Shown here piece by piece: positions 7,592 to 17,100 of a stretch of 64,000 nucleotides of DNA. Numbering within the stretch: the stretch's first letter is position 1; each line of letters opens with the position of its first letter. Under the pieces are notes generated by a model. The model made no database searches, was not told the origin of the DNA, and was given only the letters and a program-made list of their open reading frames with translations. Origin of the DNA: Oscillospiraceae bacterium (lineage in GTDB: Bacteria; Bacillota; Clostridia; UMGS1883); NCBI GenBank assembly GCA_015068735.1, contig SVJW01000005.1, positions 321 through 64,320 of the forward strand. The letters are read 5' to 3'. The translations under genes and the position numbers were made by a program.

Positions 7592-8266
7592 ATGAAAGAG
7601 AATAAAGCATTTAAAGATATGACCTTTGAAGATTTTTCAAAGGTCGATGTTACACCACATTGTGATAAACGCAAAGCAAAAGATGACAAGGGTAAAGAAA
7701 TAGAGGTTTTATACCTTAACTGGGCGAAGTGCAAACAGATTCTTCATGATTTGGGCGCACAGAAAGTATACTTTGAGCCTGTAACTGGGGCTGACGGTTC
7801 TTCTCTTATAAAAAGTGATGCTGTGTTTACAGATAAAAACGGAGTTTCGAACAGATGTTATGAGGTTAGAGTGAAAATCGTTGTTGACGACCTGGAATTT
7901 GAAAGTCAGTTTCCTCTTATGAACGGCTCCAATCCCGTAAAGGATAATTCTCTTACTCAGCAGAGACTGTGGAATGCTCAGACAAGAGCTTTTGTAAAGG
8001 GTGTAGCTATTCATATTGGTTTGGGATTCTCTTTATGGTTGTCTGACTATGAAGGGATGGAAGATACAGACGATTTAAGTTTCCACAGCCTTACGAAAGT
8101 TAGACAGCGATTTGAGGAAACATATTCTTCTAAGCTTAGATTGGGACTAAGTGCAGCAGAGATTGCAAAAGCTTTAAGTATGACGGTAGATGAAGTAAAA
8201 GCGATATTTGCGAACTTCGATACTCTTATTAGATTCGAAGAAAACCTCAAGGCAATAAAGGTATGA
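7592..8266 (+). CDS. Single-strand annealing protein, Sak/DUF1071 (Rad52-like)
   Basis: 224 aa. YLNWAKCKQIL, FPLMNGSNP and RAFVKGVAIHIGLGFSLW match the DUF1071/Sak pattern. Followed by the exonuclease partner. Confidence 0.7.
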   Translation: MKENKAFKDMTFEDFSKVDVTPHCDKRKAKDDKGKEIEVLYLNWAKCKQILHDLGAQKVYFEPVTGADGSSLIKSDAVFTDKNGVSNRCYEVRVKIVVDDLEFESQFPLMNGSNPVKDNSLTQQRLWNAQTRAFVKGVAIHIGLGFSLWLSDYEGMEDTDDLSFHSLTKVRQRFEETYSSKLRLGLSAAEIAKALSMTVDEVKAIFANFDTLIRFEENLKAIKV

Positions 8267-8823
8267 TAGCAGATAATGACAGAAGCGGTTATTTCGGAGC
8301 AAGTGACACACCGTACATAATCGGGAACACAGAAACAAAGAGCTTTGAAAAATGGTGGCTTGAAAAGTGCGGAATACTTCGCAACACCTTCATCAATGAT
8401 GCTATGTGCGCAGGAACGCATTACGAACATAAAATCCTTGAACATATAGGCGTTGAAAATATGGACAGGCAGATTATCATTGAGGATTTGAAGCTTCGGG
8501 TTAATCTTGATGGGGATATGAATCGGAAGATATACGAGGTTAAAACATACAAGCGCGAGAACGGATTTAAAGTACCTAAGAGGTATGTTAATCAGGTTAA
8601 TGTTCAAATGTTTGCTACAGGCTTCAGAAGTGCTGATATTGTTGCATACGGACTTACCGAGTATGATTATAGGAATTACTTCAACCCGATAGATGATGAG
8701 AGGTTATCCTTTCACCCGGTAGAGTATGACGAACGGTGGATAAACAATATATATCTTCCGAGGTTAGAGTACTTTGCAGAATGCTTGAAGAAAGGAGTAA
8801 TGCCAAGATGTTTGAAGCAGTAG
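8263..8823 (+). CDS. YqaJ-like PD-(D/E)XK recombination exonuclease
   Basis: 186 aa. GASDTPYIIG, GTHYEHKILE and DGD...YEVKT motifs. ATGA overlap with the annealase gene. Confidence 0.7.
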   Translation: MIADNDRSGYFGASDTPYIIGNTETKSFEKWWLEKCGILRNTFINDAMCAGTHYEHKILEHIGVENMDRQIIIEDLKLRVNLDGDMNRKIYEVKTYKRENGFKVPKRYVNQVNVQMFATGFRSADIVAYGLTEYDYRNYFNPIDDERLSFHPVEYDERWINNIYLPRLEYFAECLKKGVMPRCLKQ

Positions 8824-9446
8824 GTGAAATATATAAAGTCAAGGACGGCCGTGCAATTATAGTTGCTGACATAGACCCTTACAAGGCAGAACGGCAGGAA
8901 ATAAAAAGTTGCTTAGTTCGGTATGATGACGGACGACATATATCAGCTGATCAGAGACGAAAAATATACGCCACAATTGCGGACATAGCAGAATATACCG
9001 GTAATGCTCCTGAAATGGAAAAGGCTTTGCAGAAATTCTTTTACATAGAGCGGTACGGGGTGGATTATTTCAGCCTTTCAAATTGTACTGTGACAGAAGC
9101 AAGAGAGTTTATCAACTATCTTATAGACTTCTGCTTTGAGAATAATATCGGAACCCGGGACACTCTTTTGAATCGTACCGATGACATAAGCAGATATTTG
9201 TATTCTTGTCTCATAAATCGTAAATGTGCGGTATGTAATCAGAGGGCAGATATTCATCATTGCGAGGGTTCGCGTATCGGTATGGGTTTCAACCGCCGTA
9301 AGGTAAACAATATCGGAAGATTTGCTATAGCTCTTTGTCGAAAGTGTCACAGTATTGCACATAACGATGAAAAAGGATTCTTTGAAAGAAATCATATCTA
9401 CGGTGTACAGCTTGATGCATATGCCGTAAAGAAATTAAAACTGTGA
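8808..9446 (+). CDS. Phage protein with C-terminal HNH-like Cys/His motif (DUF968-like)
   Basis: 212 aa from ATG 8808 (AAAGGAG 8791-8797). CAVCNQRADIHHC...ALCRKCHSIAHND. Confidence 0.5.
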   Translation: MFEAVGEIYKVKDGRAIIVADIDPYKAERQEIKSCLVRYDDGRHISADQRRKIYATIADIAEYTGNAPEMEKALQKFFYIERYGVDYFSLSNCTVTEAREFINYLIDFCFENNIGTRDTLLNRTDDISRYLYSCLINRKCAVCNQRADIHHCEGSRIGMGFNRRKVNNIGRFAIALCRKCHSIAHNDEKGFFERNHIYGVQLDAYAVKKLKL

Positions 9447-9455
9447 GGTGGTTTT

Positions 9456-9677
9456 ATGAAGAAACCGACACAATGCGAAAGAATTATACAGTATATGAAA
9501 GATTTCGGAAGTATAACAACGCTACAAGCATTTACGGATTTGGGCTGTACGAGACTTGCAAGTAGGGTTAATGATTTAAGGAATCAAGGCTATGACATAA
9601 AGAGCGAATTTGTTTCAGGGAAGAACAGATATGATGAAACGGTGAGCTACAAAAAGTATTATTTAGGAGAGATTTAA
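9456..9677 (+). CDS. Small winged-helix/HTH phage protein
   Basis: 73 aa. CERIIQYMKDFGSITTLQAFTDLGCTRLASRVNDLRNQGYDI is typical of small phage wHTH proteins. Confidence 0.6.
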   Translation: MKKPTQCERIIQYMKDFGSITTLQAFTDLGCTRLASRVNDLRNQGYDIKSEFVSGKNRYDETVSYKKYYLGEI

Positions 9678-9682
9678 ATTGT

Positions 9683-10528
9683 ATGGAAGAGGTAAAGTGG
9701 ATAAAAATTCACGTTAATATGTTTTCAAACAGAAAGATAAAATTGATACGTTCTATGAAAAACGGAGATAGTTTTGTACTTCTGTGGACGATGCTTCTTA
9801 CTGCTGCCGGTCGATGTAATGCTGATGGGAAATTATACATAGCGGATGGCGTTCCTTATACAGAGGATATGTTTGCTACAGAGTTCGATATGAAGGTTTC
9901 TATTGTCAGAGATGCATTGCAAGAATTTGAGAAATTCAAGATGATTTCCCGAATTGATGGGGTTTATTGCGTTCTCGGTTGGAGCGAATATCAAAATATA
10001 GAAGGCATGGATAAGATAAGAGAACAGACGCGAAAACGCGTTGAGAAGTACCGCGACAAGAAAGAAATTGCAATAAAGGACAACGTTACTTGTAACGCTA
10101 AAGTAACTCCGTGTAACGTTACAAGTAACGTTACGGTAACGCAATGTAACGCAACAGATATAGAAATAGATAAAGAAGAAAGAAATAAGAATATATTATC
10201 TACTACTATTAAGGCGTACGAGAAGCATATTGGAGCAATTACCGAAGTGACAGCTGAAGCTATTTCGGAGTGGCTTGAAAAAGGTGCTGACTCTTCGCTT
10301 ATTATATTTGCCTTTGAACAGGCGGTGGAATATAACGCAAGAAGTTGGAAATATGCTGAGAAAATTATAAGCACACATTTTAATGCCGGGCGAAAAACAA
10401 GAACGGCTGCTGAAAACTTCGGAAAGAAAAAGACCGACAAGAAAAAAAGCGGTTCATATGAGCCTGACGATATGGCGGCTATGGAACGAAAAATGAGACT
10501 TGAAAGGATGAAAAATAATGCTGAATAA
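9683..10528 (+). CDS. Phage replisome organizer (N-terminal rep-organizer domain + DnaD-like C-terminus)
   Basis: 281 aa. WIKIHVNMFSNRKIKLIRSMKNGDSFVLLWTMLLTAAGRCNADGKLY. The C-terminal part resembles a DnaD domain. Confidence 0.8.
   Translation: MEEVKWIKIHVNMFSNRKIKLIRSMKNGDSFVLLWTMLLTAAGRCNADGKLYIADGVPYTEDMFATEFDMKVSIVRDALQEFEKFKMISRIDGVYCVLGWSEYQNIEGMDKIREQTRKRVEKYRDKKEIAIKDNVTCNAKVTPCNVTSNVTVTQCNATDIEIDKEERNKNILSTTIKAYEKHIGAITEVTAEAISEWLEKGADSSLIIFAFEQAVEYNARSWKYAEKIISTHFNAGRKTRTAAENFGKKKTDKKKSGSYEPDDMAAMERKMRLERMKNNAE
10081..10155 (+). repeat. GTAACG iteron cluster inside the replisome-organizer gene (candidate phage ori)
   Basis: CAACGTTACTTGTAACGCTAAAGTAACTCCGTGTAACGTTACAAGTAACGTTACGGTAACGCAATGTAACGCAAC: at least 7 GTAAC(G) units in both orientations within 75 bp. 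Confidence 0.5.
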
Positions 10529-10907
10529 AGTAATTTTAATGGGTCGGCTTACACGTGACCCGGAACTCAGAAGCACACCGCAGGGAGTAAGCACCTGCAG
10601 TTTCTCATTGGCAGTAGACCGTAGCTTTGTCCGTGAAGGAGAAGAACGCAAAGCGGATTTTATAAACTGCGTTGCGTGGAGACAGACCGCGGAGTTTATT
10701 TCTAAATACTTCAAGAAAGGAAATATGGTTGCTCTTGAGGGGAGCATTCAAACTCGCTCTTGGGACGATCAGGACGGAAAGAAGCATTATGTAACTGAGG
10801 TTATTGTAAGTCAGGTATATTTTGCCGAGGGGAAGAGAGAATCCGAAGACGCTCCGGCAGAAATAGATATGGGTGATGATGACGATTTGCCATTCTCTGT
10901 GAGGTGA
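10518..10907 (+). CDS. ssb: Single-stranded DNA-binding protein
   Basis: 129 aa. MLNKVILMGRLTRDPELR OB-fold signature and acidic C-terminal DDDDLPF tip. Confidence 0.9.
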   Translation: MLNKVILMGRLTRDPELRSTPQGVSTCSFSLAVDRSFVREGEERKADFINCVAWRQTAEFISKYFKKGNMVALEGSIQTRSWDDQDGKKHYVTEVIVSQVYFAEGKRESEDAPAEIDMGDDDDLPFSVR

Positions 10908-10911
10908 CGGG

Positions 10912-12822
10912 ATGAGTTTATTTGTAGATAACTTTGCTGGTGGCGGTGGTGCTTCCACCGGAATTGAAATGGCAATAGGCAGAAGTGTGGATATAGCAAT
11001 CAATCACGACCCTGATGCTATAGCAATGCACAAAGCGAATCATCCTAACACACGTCATTACTGTGAAAGTGTGTGGGAAGTAGACCCTGAAGAAGCCTGT
11101 GAGGGTGAAGAAGTTGCTCTTGCCTGGTTCTCTCCCGATTGCACACACTTCTCAAGAGCAAAGGGTGGCAAGCCTGTAGATAAGAATATCAGAGGTCTTG
11201 CGTGGGTAACTATCAAATGGGCGTATGCAGTAAGACCAAAAGTAATAATGCTTGAGAATGTTCCCGAAATACAGACGTGGGGACCACTTGACAATAACGG
11301 AAAACCTATAAAAGAGCGTAGCGGAGAAACTTTCAACGGATTTATTGCCGTGCTTACTACAGGATTATCCAAAGAACACCCCGCATTTATTGAGATGTGT
11401 GCTGCACTTGAAATTGATGTTTATTCACGTATGGCTTCTGAGCTTTCAAACGGATTGGGATATGATGTGGATTTCAGAATACTCCGTTCCTGTGATTACG
11501 GTGCGCCTACAACGCGTACACGGTTTTACATGATTGCAAGAAGTGACGGTAGAAAGATTGTATGGCCTGAACCTACACATGCGCCAAAGGACAGTATAGA
11601 GGTCAGATGCGGTATGCTTCAACCTTACAGAACAGCAGCGGAGTGTATTGATTGGAGTATTCCTACACAGAGTATTTTTGAAAGGGATAAACCTCTTGCG
11701 GAAAATACTCTTAAGCGAATTGCAAGAGGTATAAAGAAGTTTGTAATTGATAATCCTGAACCGTTTATTATTCATTATAAGTTTGATAATGAGCCAGAAA
11801 GTGTTAATAAGCCACTTTCTACAGTTACATCAGTAAACAGCCATTATGTGGTAACCCCTACGATTATGTGTAACAATACAGGGAATGTAGGAGCGAGCGC
11901 AGATTCTCCATTGCCGACTGTAACAACCGGAAACAGAAATTTTGTAGTCGCACCTTCAATAGTTCCCGTAGGGTATGGCGAAAGGAAAGGACAGAAACCA
12001 AGAGTGAGCGATATAGAAGAGCCGTTAAGCACGGTGGTAGGAAGCAGTAAGCATTATCTTACAATGCCAATACTCACTACCTTTAACCAAAATAGTAGTG
12101 GACAGATAATAGATAGACCCATTGATACTGTTATGGCAGGTGCGACAAGATTTGGTCTTATATCACCTACCCTTATTCAGTATCACAGTGAACAGAATGA
12201 GGGCGAAGTAAGAGGGCAAGAACTCACAGAACCAATAATGACAATTGACACAAATCCCAGGTATGCCTTATCGGTAGCACACATTATGAAAAATTACGGA
12301 GGTAATTATAAGGGCGCAGGAAGTTCAGTGGATAAGCCTCTCGATACAGTAACGGCAAAAGACCATAACGAGCTTGTAACTGCTCATATAGTAACGCTTC
12401 GGAATAATATGGACGGTCAGCCTATGGATGAACCTTTGACAACAATATCCTGTAGCGGAGCACACCACGCAGAAGTAGAAGCTTTTCTTGTAAAGTATTT
12501 TTCTACTGGTTCACCGAAACCTATAGATGCACCTCTTGATACGCTGACTACAAAGGACAGATATGCTTTGGTAACTATTCATGGAGAAGATTATATCATT
12601 GTTGATATTCGTATGAGAATGCTTCAGCCAAGAGAATTATTTAACGCGCAGGGATTCCCAAAGGATTACATAATCGAACACGATCCGGAAGGAAACCCAT
12701 ACCCGAAGACAAAGCAGGTAGCGAGATGTGGCAATGCGGTTACTCCTCCTGTGCCGGCGGCTATGGTAAGAGTTAATCTACCTGAATACTGTGAAGAAAT
12801 ACAAAAGGTGGTGACAACATGA
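10912..12822 (+). CDS. DNA (cytosine-5) methyltransferase with expanded repeat-containing variable region
   Basis: 636 aa. Motif I FAGGGGASTG, motif IV SPDCTHFS, motif VI ENV, motif IX QPRELFNAQGFP, motif X GNAV. No cognate endonuclease nearby. Confidence 0.9.
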   Translation: MSLFVDNFAGGGGASTGIEMAIGRSVDIAINHDPDAIAMHKANHPNTRHYCESVWEVDPEEACEGEEVALAWFSPDCTHFSRAKGGKPVDKNIRGLAWVTIKWAYAVRPKVIMLENVPEIQTWGPLDNNGKPIKERSGETFNGFIAVLTTGLSKEHPAFIEMCAALEIDVYSRMASELSNGLGYDVDFRILRSCDYGAPTTRTRFYMIARSDGRKIVWPEPTHAPKDSIEVRCGMLQPYRTAAECIDWSIPTQSIFERDKPLAENTLKRIARGIKKFVIDNPEPFIIHYKFDNEPESVNKPLSTVTSVNSHYVVTPTIMCNNTGNVGASADSPLPTVTTGNRNFVVAPSIVPVGYGERKGQKPRVSDIEEPLSTVVGSSKHYLTMPILTTFNQNSSGQIIDRPIDTVMAGATRFGLISPTLIQYHSEQNEGEVRGQELTEPIMTIDTNPRYALSVAHIMKNYGGNYKGAGSSVDKPLDTVTAKDHNELVTAHIVTLRNNMDGQPMDEPLTTISCSGAHHAEVEAFLVKYFSTGSPKPIDAPLDTLTTKDRYALVTIHGEDYIIVDIRMRMLQPRELFNAQGFPKDYIIEHDPEGNPYPKTKQVARCGNAVTPPVPAAMVRVNLPEYCEEIQKVVTT

Positions 12823-13508
12823 GGAAATGCGAATACTGTGGTAAAGAGTTTGAGCCGAAGCAAAGCAGAAGTAAATATTGTAGCAGGGAATGTCAGGTAA
12901 AAGGTTTTCATGCAAGCAGACCAAAAGGGGAAACAAAGAAGTGCAAGTGGTGCGGAAAAGAATTTTTTGCACCACATAAGGGGATAAAATATTGCAGTCT
13001 TCTTTGTAAGATGAAAGCAGCGGATGAGCAACGTACTATAATTGCGGAGCAGAAGAAACAAGAGAAGAAACCTATCAAGTGTAAACATTGTGGAGCTGAG
13101 TTCGTTCCACGGCATAAAAGGCAAATATTTTGTTGCGAACAATGCGGATATGAATATCGTTATGAACATACTCCCAAAAAGAAATCGAAAGGAATAAGGG
13201 AATACAACTCCCGAATTTGCGCGATTTGCGGTAAGGAGTTTGTTCCGAGTAATTCAATACAGAAATATTGTTCAAAAGAATGTAGTCGCAAAGCTCAATA
13301 TAGTAAAAACAAGAAAGAAATCGTTGTAAACTCAGAAAGACCCAAGAAGAAAACTGCAAAAATATCTCCTGCGTCACAATGGTTTGCAAAGATGTCTTTG
13401 CGTGAGATTTCAGAAGAGTGTGCAAGGTTACATATTAGCTATGGCAAAGCTTCTTTGATGGCGATGAATAATATGTTGCCTGAGGATTTTGGAAAGAGGT
13501 GTAAATAG
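12819..13508 (+). CDS. Zn-ribbon repeat protein (4 x CxxCGxxFxP...YCSxxC), hypothetical
   Basis: 229 aa. Four tandem copies of about 45 aa of the CxxC...C(S)xxC module, then a helical C-terminus. Confidence 0.6.
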   Translation: MRKCEYCGKEFEPKQSRSKYCSRECQVKGFHASRPKGETKKCKWCGKEFFAPHKGIKYCSLLCKMKAADEQRTIIAEQKKQEKKPIKCKHCGAEFVPRHKRQIFCCEQCGYEYRYEHTPKKKSKGIREYNSRICAICGKEFVPSNSIQKYCSKECSRKAQYSKNKKEIVVNSERPKKKTAKISPASQWFAKMSLREISEECARLHISYGKASLMAMNNMLPEDFGKRCK

Positions 13509-13729
13509 TGGCGCAGAAAACAGAAATTGTGTGTGACAGATGCGGCAAGGATATAGTAAATCCTATGAAATGCTATTGCCCCACATATGCCTTAAAGAAT
13601 TATTCAGCAAAGATAACGCTGTGGCCCGTAGGAGAACCGAGAAGTAGTTTCGGACAGAGAGTAGACCTGTGTCCTGAATGTTACGAAGCGTTTGTAAACT
13701 TTATGGACGGAGGTGTAACCAATGACTGA
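13508..13729 (+). CDS. Small Zn-ribbon protein, hypothetical
   Basis: 73 aa. CDRCG...CPECYE. GTG start overlapping the previous stop. Confidence 0.5.
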   Translation: MAQKTEIVCDRCGKDIVNPMKCYCPTYALKNYSAKITLWPVGEPRSSFGQRVDLCPECYEAFVNFMDGGVTND

Positions 13730-14117
13730 ACTTGAAATGTTGGAAGCTGAAAAGTACTGGTGTGAAAATTGCTGTAACTGGGATAAAGAAAATTTGCTTC
13801 CAGACGGATATGCCAACTGCAAAGTAACCGGAACACTTTGCTTCGCCCAGGAAAGCGGAAAAGAATGCAAGTGCTTTAACGTACCGGCAGAGAATGTAAT
13901 TGTACTGCCTTGTAAGGTGGGTGATGTGGTGTATGTGATACGATATGCACCAATAAGTCAACGGTATTACATAAAAGAAATCATCGCAAAAGTTATTATC
14001 AGCATAAACGAGTATTTTTACTTAGAAGATGACGGCAAAAAGTTTATGTTTGGAGAAAAAGCTTTTGCATCCAAAGAAGAAGCAGAAGCGAAGCTGAAAG
14101 AAGGTGTGCAGGGGTGA
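13722..14117 (+). CDS. Cys-rich hypothetical protein
   Basis: 131-aa ORF in operon register. No recognised motif. Confidence 0.5.
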   Translation: MTELEMLEAEKYWCENCCNWDKENLLPDGYANCKVTGTLCFAQESGKECKCFNVPAENVIVLPCKVGDVVYVIRYAPISQRYYIKEIIAKVIISINEYFYLEDDGKKFMFGEKAFASKEEAEAKLKEGVQG

Positions 14118-14127
14118 ATTATAGATA

Positions 14128-17100
14128 TTGCACCGAAGTATGTTCGTTATGTGGAATAGAACACCCAAAAAGGGACTTGAACAAAATATACATATCTTAC
14201 GGACACGTATCTATATCATAGAGCAAGATATTGAAAAAGATGGCGGAATGATGAATATAATGAAGCTTATTTCTGCAATCGAGGGCAGAGGATATGGCTA
14301 TATAGGCTCCCAGAAATCCATTGATACTGCAAAGGCAGTAATGAACTTTGTGCAGGGCAGGGCTACAGAAGTTGATAGCTCACTTATAAGCAGAAGTAAT
14401 GGTGCTACAATGCTTCTTACGGCTATCGAGGGGAATAAAAAGGCGTGGGACAGTGTTGATAAGGCGGCAGGGCGTGAACTTGCTCCTGCTAAAACAAAAA
14501 CAACCCAAGGAATTCAAGATGTGGCAAAAGCTGTAAAAAACACAACAATATCCGAAGGAAATGTGTACACCAAAGACGGTATAAAGGCGACTATAGGTGA
14601 TGTCAAAATCGAAAACAATATTGTTGTAGATGCGGAAAGTGTTTCTTTTAAGAATGACGATGCAAAAGGATACGGAGTTCTTGAGAAATGGGCGACAGAA
14701 CTTAAAAAGCCAGTTAAACTTGTAAAAGGCTTGTACAATGAAAACGGAGATATACTTGACGGTGTGGAAACCGACAGCGGTATTTTCATCAATACAGAGG
14801 CGAAGAATCCCATAAAGTGGGCGGCGACACACGAATTCAGCCATACTATGAAAAAGAGTGCCGGTGAAGCATGGGCGAAATATCAGAACTTCGTAGTGGA
14901 CAAGATGAAGAAAGACGGTAGCTACTACGATGTATTCAATATGAAAGCTATTGCGTACGGAACAAGAGATGCAGCATACATCAATGAAGAAATTGCTTGC
15001 GATCACATCGGAGAAACCTTTGACAGTGTGGATGAGCTTGCAGACTTTATTAAAAAAGACAGAGGACTTGCGGTAAGAGTGCGTGACTTCTACTACAAAG
15101 CTCTTGACAAGCTCGGTCTCCTTGATGAAAAGAAAAAAGCACAACTTATGTGGCGTGATGCCTACAGAAAAGCTGTGCTGAATGTGAAGGATGGCAAAGT
15201 TGAGAGTACTGGGAAAACTGTTGAAAAAAGCGTAAGCGGAACGAGAGTGAGCGAAACTAACGGTGATGACAAAATTACTGCTGATATGGATGAGCATAAA
15301 AGGGCGGAAATATTAAAAAAGACCTCGCTTAATGTTGTGGAAGCAAAGTCAGATGCACTAAAATTGACACTTGAAGAAATTAATATCTTAGAAAGTAAGT
15401 GCAAAAGCAAAGCACAAGGCGTTATGGAAGAACTATGTGAGAAGTTCGGAGTAGTCAAAGAAGGATACACAAACAACAACATTGAGTTGGAATTTAATTA
15501 TTCAAAAGGTTCTCTCAGGGAAAGTGTACATAAGCAGAACGAAAGAAATCCTAATTTTCAGGATTTCGCAAAAATGCTCACAGTTTTCGATTCAGTCGTA
15601 AAAAATGCGGTGCCTATTGAAAGTCATACAGATAAATACAAAGGAACAAAAAAAGAAAATCCCAATCTTAAACAAAGTTATGTGCTTCTAAGTGCATTTA
15701 AGAGTGGCGAAGATATTGCTCCGGTAGAGTTGAATATTCGAGAGTTTAAAAAGTCGGTAGGAAGCAGATTATATATGTCTGTAACTCTTAAAAAAATAAG
15801 AGCCGACATCTTGGCGCCATACGATGTAAAAGAACAACGAAATGGCACTCCGTCAACTCTCAATATCAGTATAGCAGAGCTTATAAAAAATGTCAATCCT
15901 TCTGATGGAGATTTCTTAAGATATGCTCCTGATGAAATGCTTAATGAGGCGCAAATTGAATCAAAGAGAGAAGCTTTGGAGAGAGACAGACTGAAGATTG
16001 AGGGTTTAAAAAAATCAATAAGAGGTACCCGACTCAGCGATGTTGACAGCTCACCTGCAGGTGAAAGCGTGGACACCACTACCGAAGATACATCGCAGAA
16101 ATTCATTCCTCCCGGTGCTGAGCCGAGGCGTGATGTGAAAGTACCTGAAAGCGTGGAAGAAGATACAAAAGTAAGGCAGTTTGCGAGAACGGCGGCAGAG
16201 GCGGAAACACTTACTGATAAAACGGCAGAGGGTGTACTGGAAAATGTAGAAAAGGGTAAGTTTAACTATACACCTATATCGAATAAGAGTGCAATGAAGA
16301 ATGCCTACGCTTCACTTGACACAATGGGAGTTGAGTGGGTGGAAAAGAAGGTAAACGGTGCGATTTCTTCCCACAATCTTGATAAGAAAACGGTAGCGAT
16401 GGCAGAAGTGTTATTGGAGAAGTATAGTCAGGAAGGGCAGGAAGAAAAGGCGCAGAGGCTTATTATTGACTTTGCGGCAGAAAGCACCAGAACGGCACAG
16501 ATCCTGCAGGCAATAAGTATGCTGAAGAAGTTAGACCCGAACTACGAGGTAGCTTACATAGAGAAGGTTATTCAGAACCTTAAAGAAGAGATTGTCGAAA
16601 GAAACAATAAGAAGTTCGGAAAGAAACATTCGACAGATATAGAGGTATCGGAAGAGCTTAAAACAAAGCTTATGGAAGCAAAGACCGAAGAAGAGAGAGA
16701 AACAATCCGAGATGAAATCTATACGGAGATTGCAGACCAGTTACCTAATACATGGATAAACAAGTGGAATGCGTGGCGATATATGTCAATGCTCGCCAAT
16801 GCGAGAACCCATGTGCGAAATGTGGTAGGTAACACCGCCTTTATGCCGATGATTGCTACAAAGAATATCGCAGCTAAGTTTGTGGAGCCGATTGTGGCGA
16901 AAGCGACAGGTGGCAAGATAGAGCGAAGCAAAACCTTTATAGTGCCAAAGAAGTACAGGCAGTTTGCAATGGAAGATGTAGAGGTAATGCGAAAGGAACT
17001 GCAAGGCGGTGGTAAACACAATCCGTCGGATATTATAAGGGATAAGCAGAGGGTGTTTGACACCAAAGCTCTTGAATGGATGAGGGTGAAAGTGGGAGAA

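Noticed and set aside
10454-11003. Minus-strand ORFs (97, 132 and 62 aa) overlapping ssb and the start of the MTase gene.
   Set aside because: They are antisense to well-supported genes and have no RBS or motifs.
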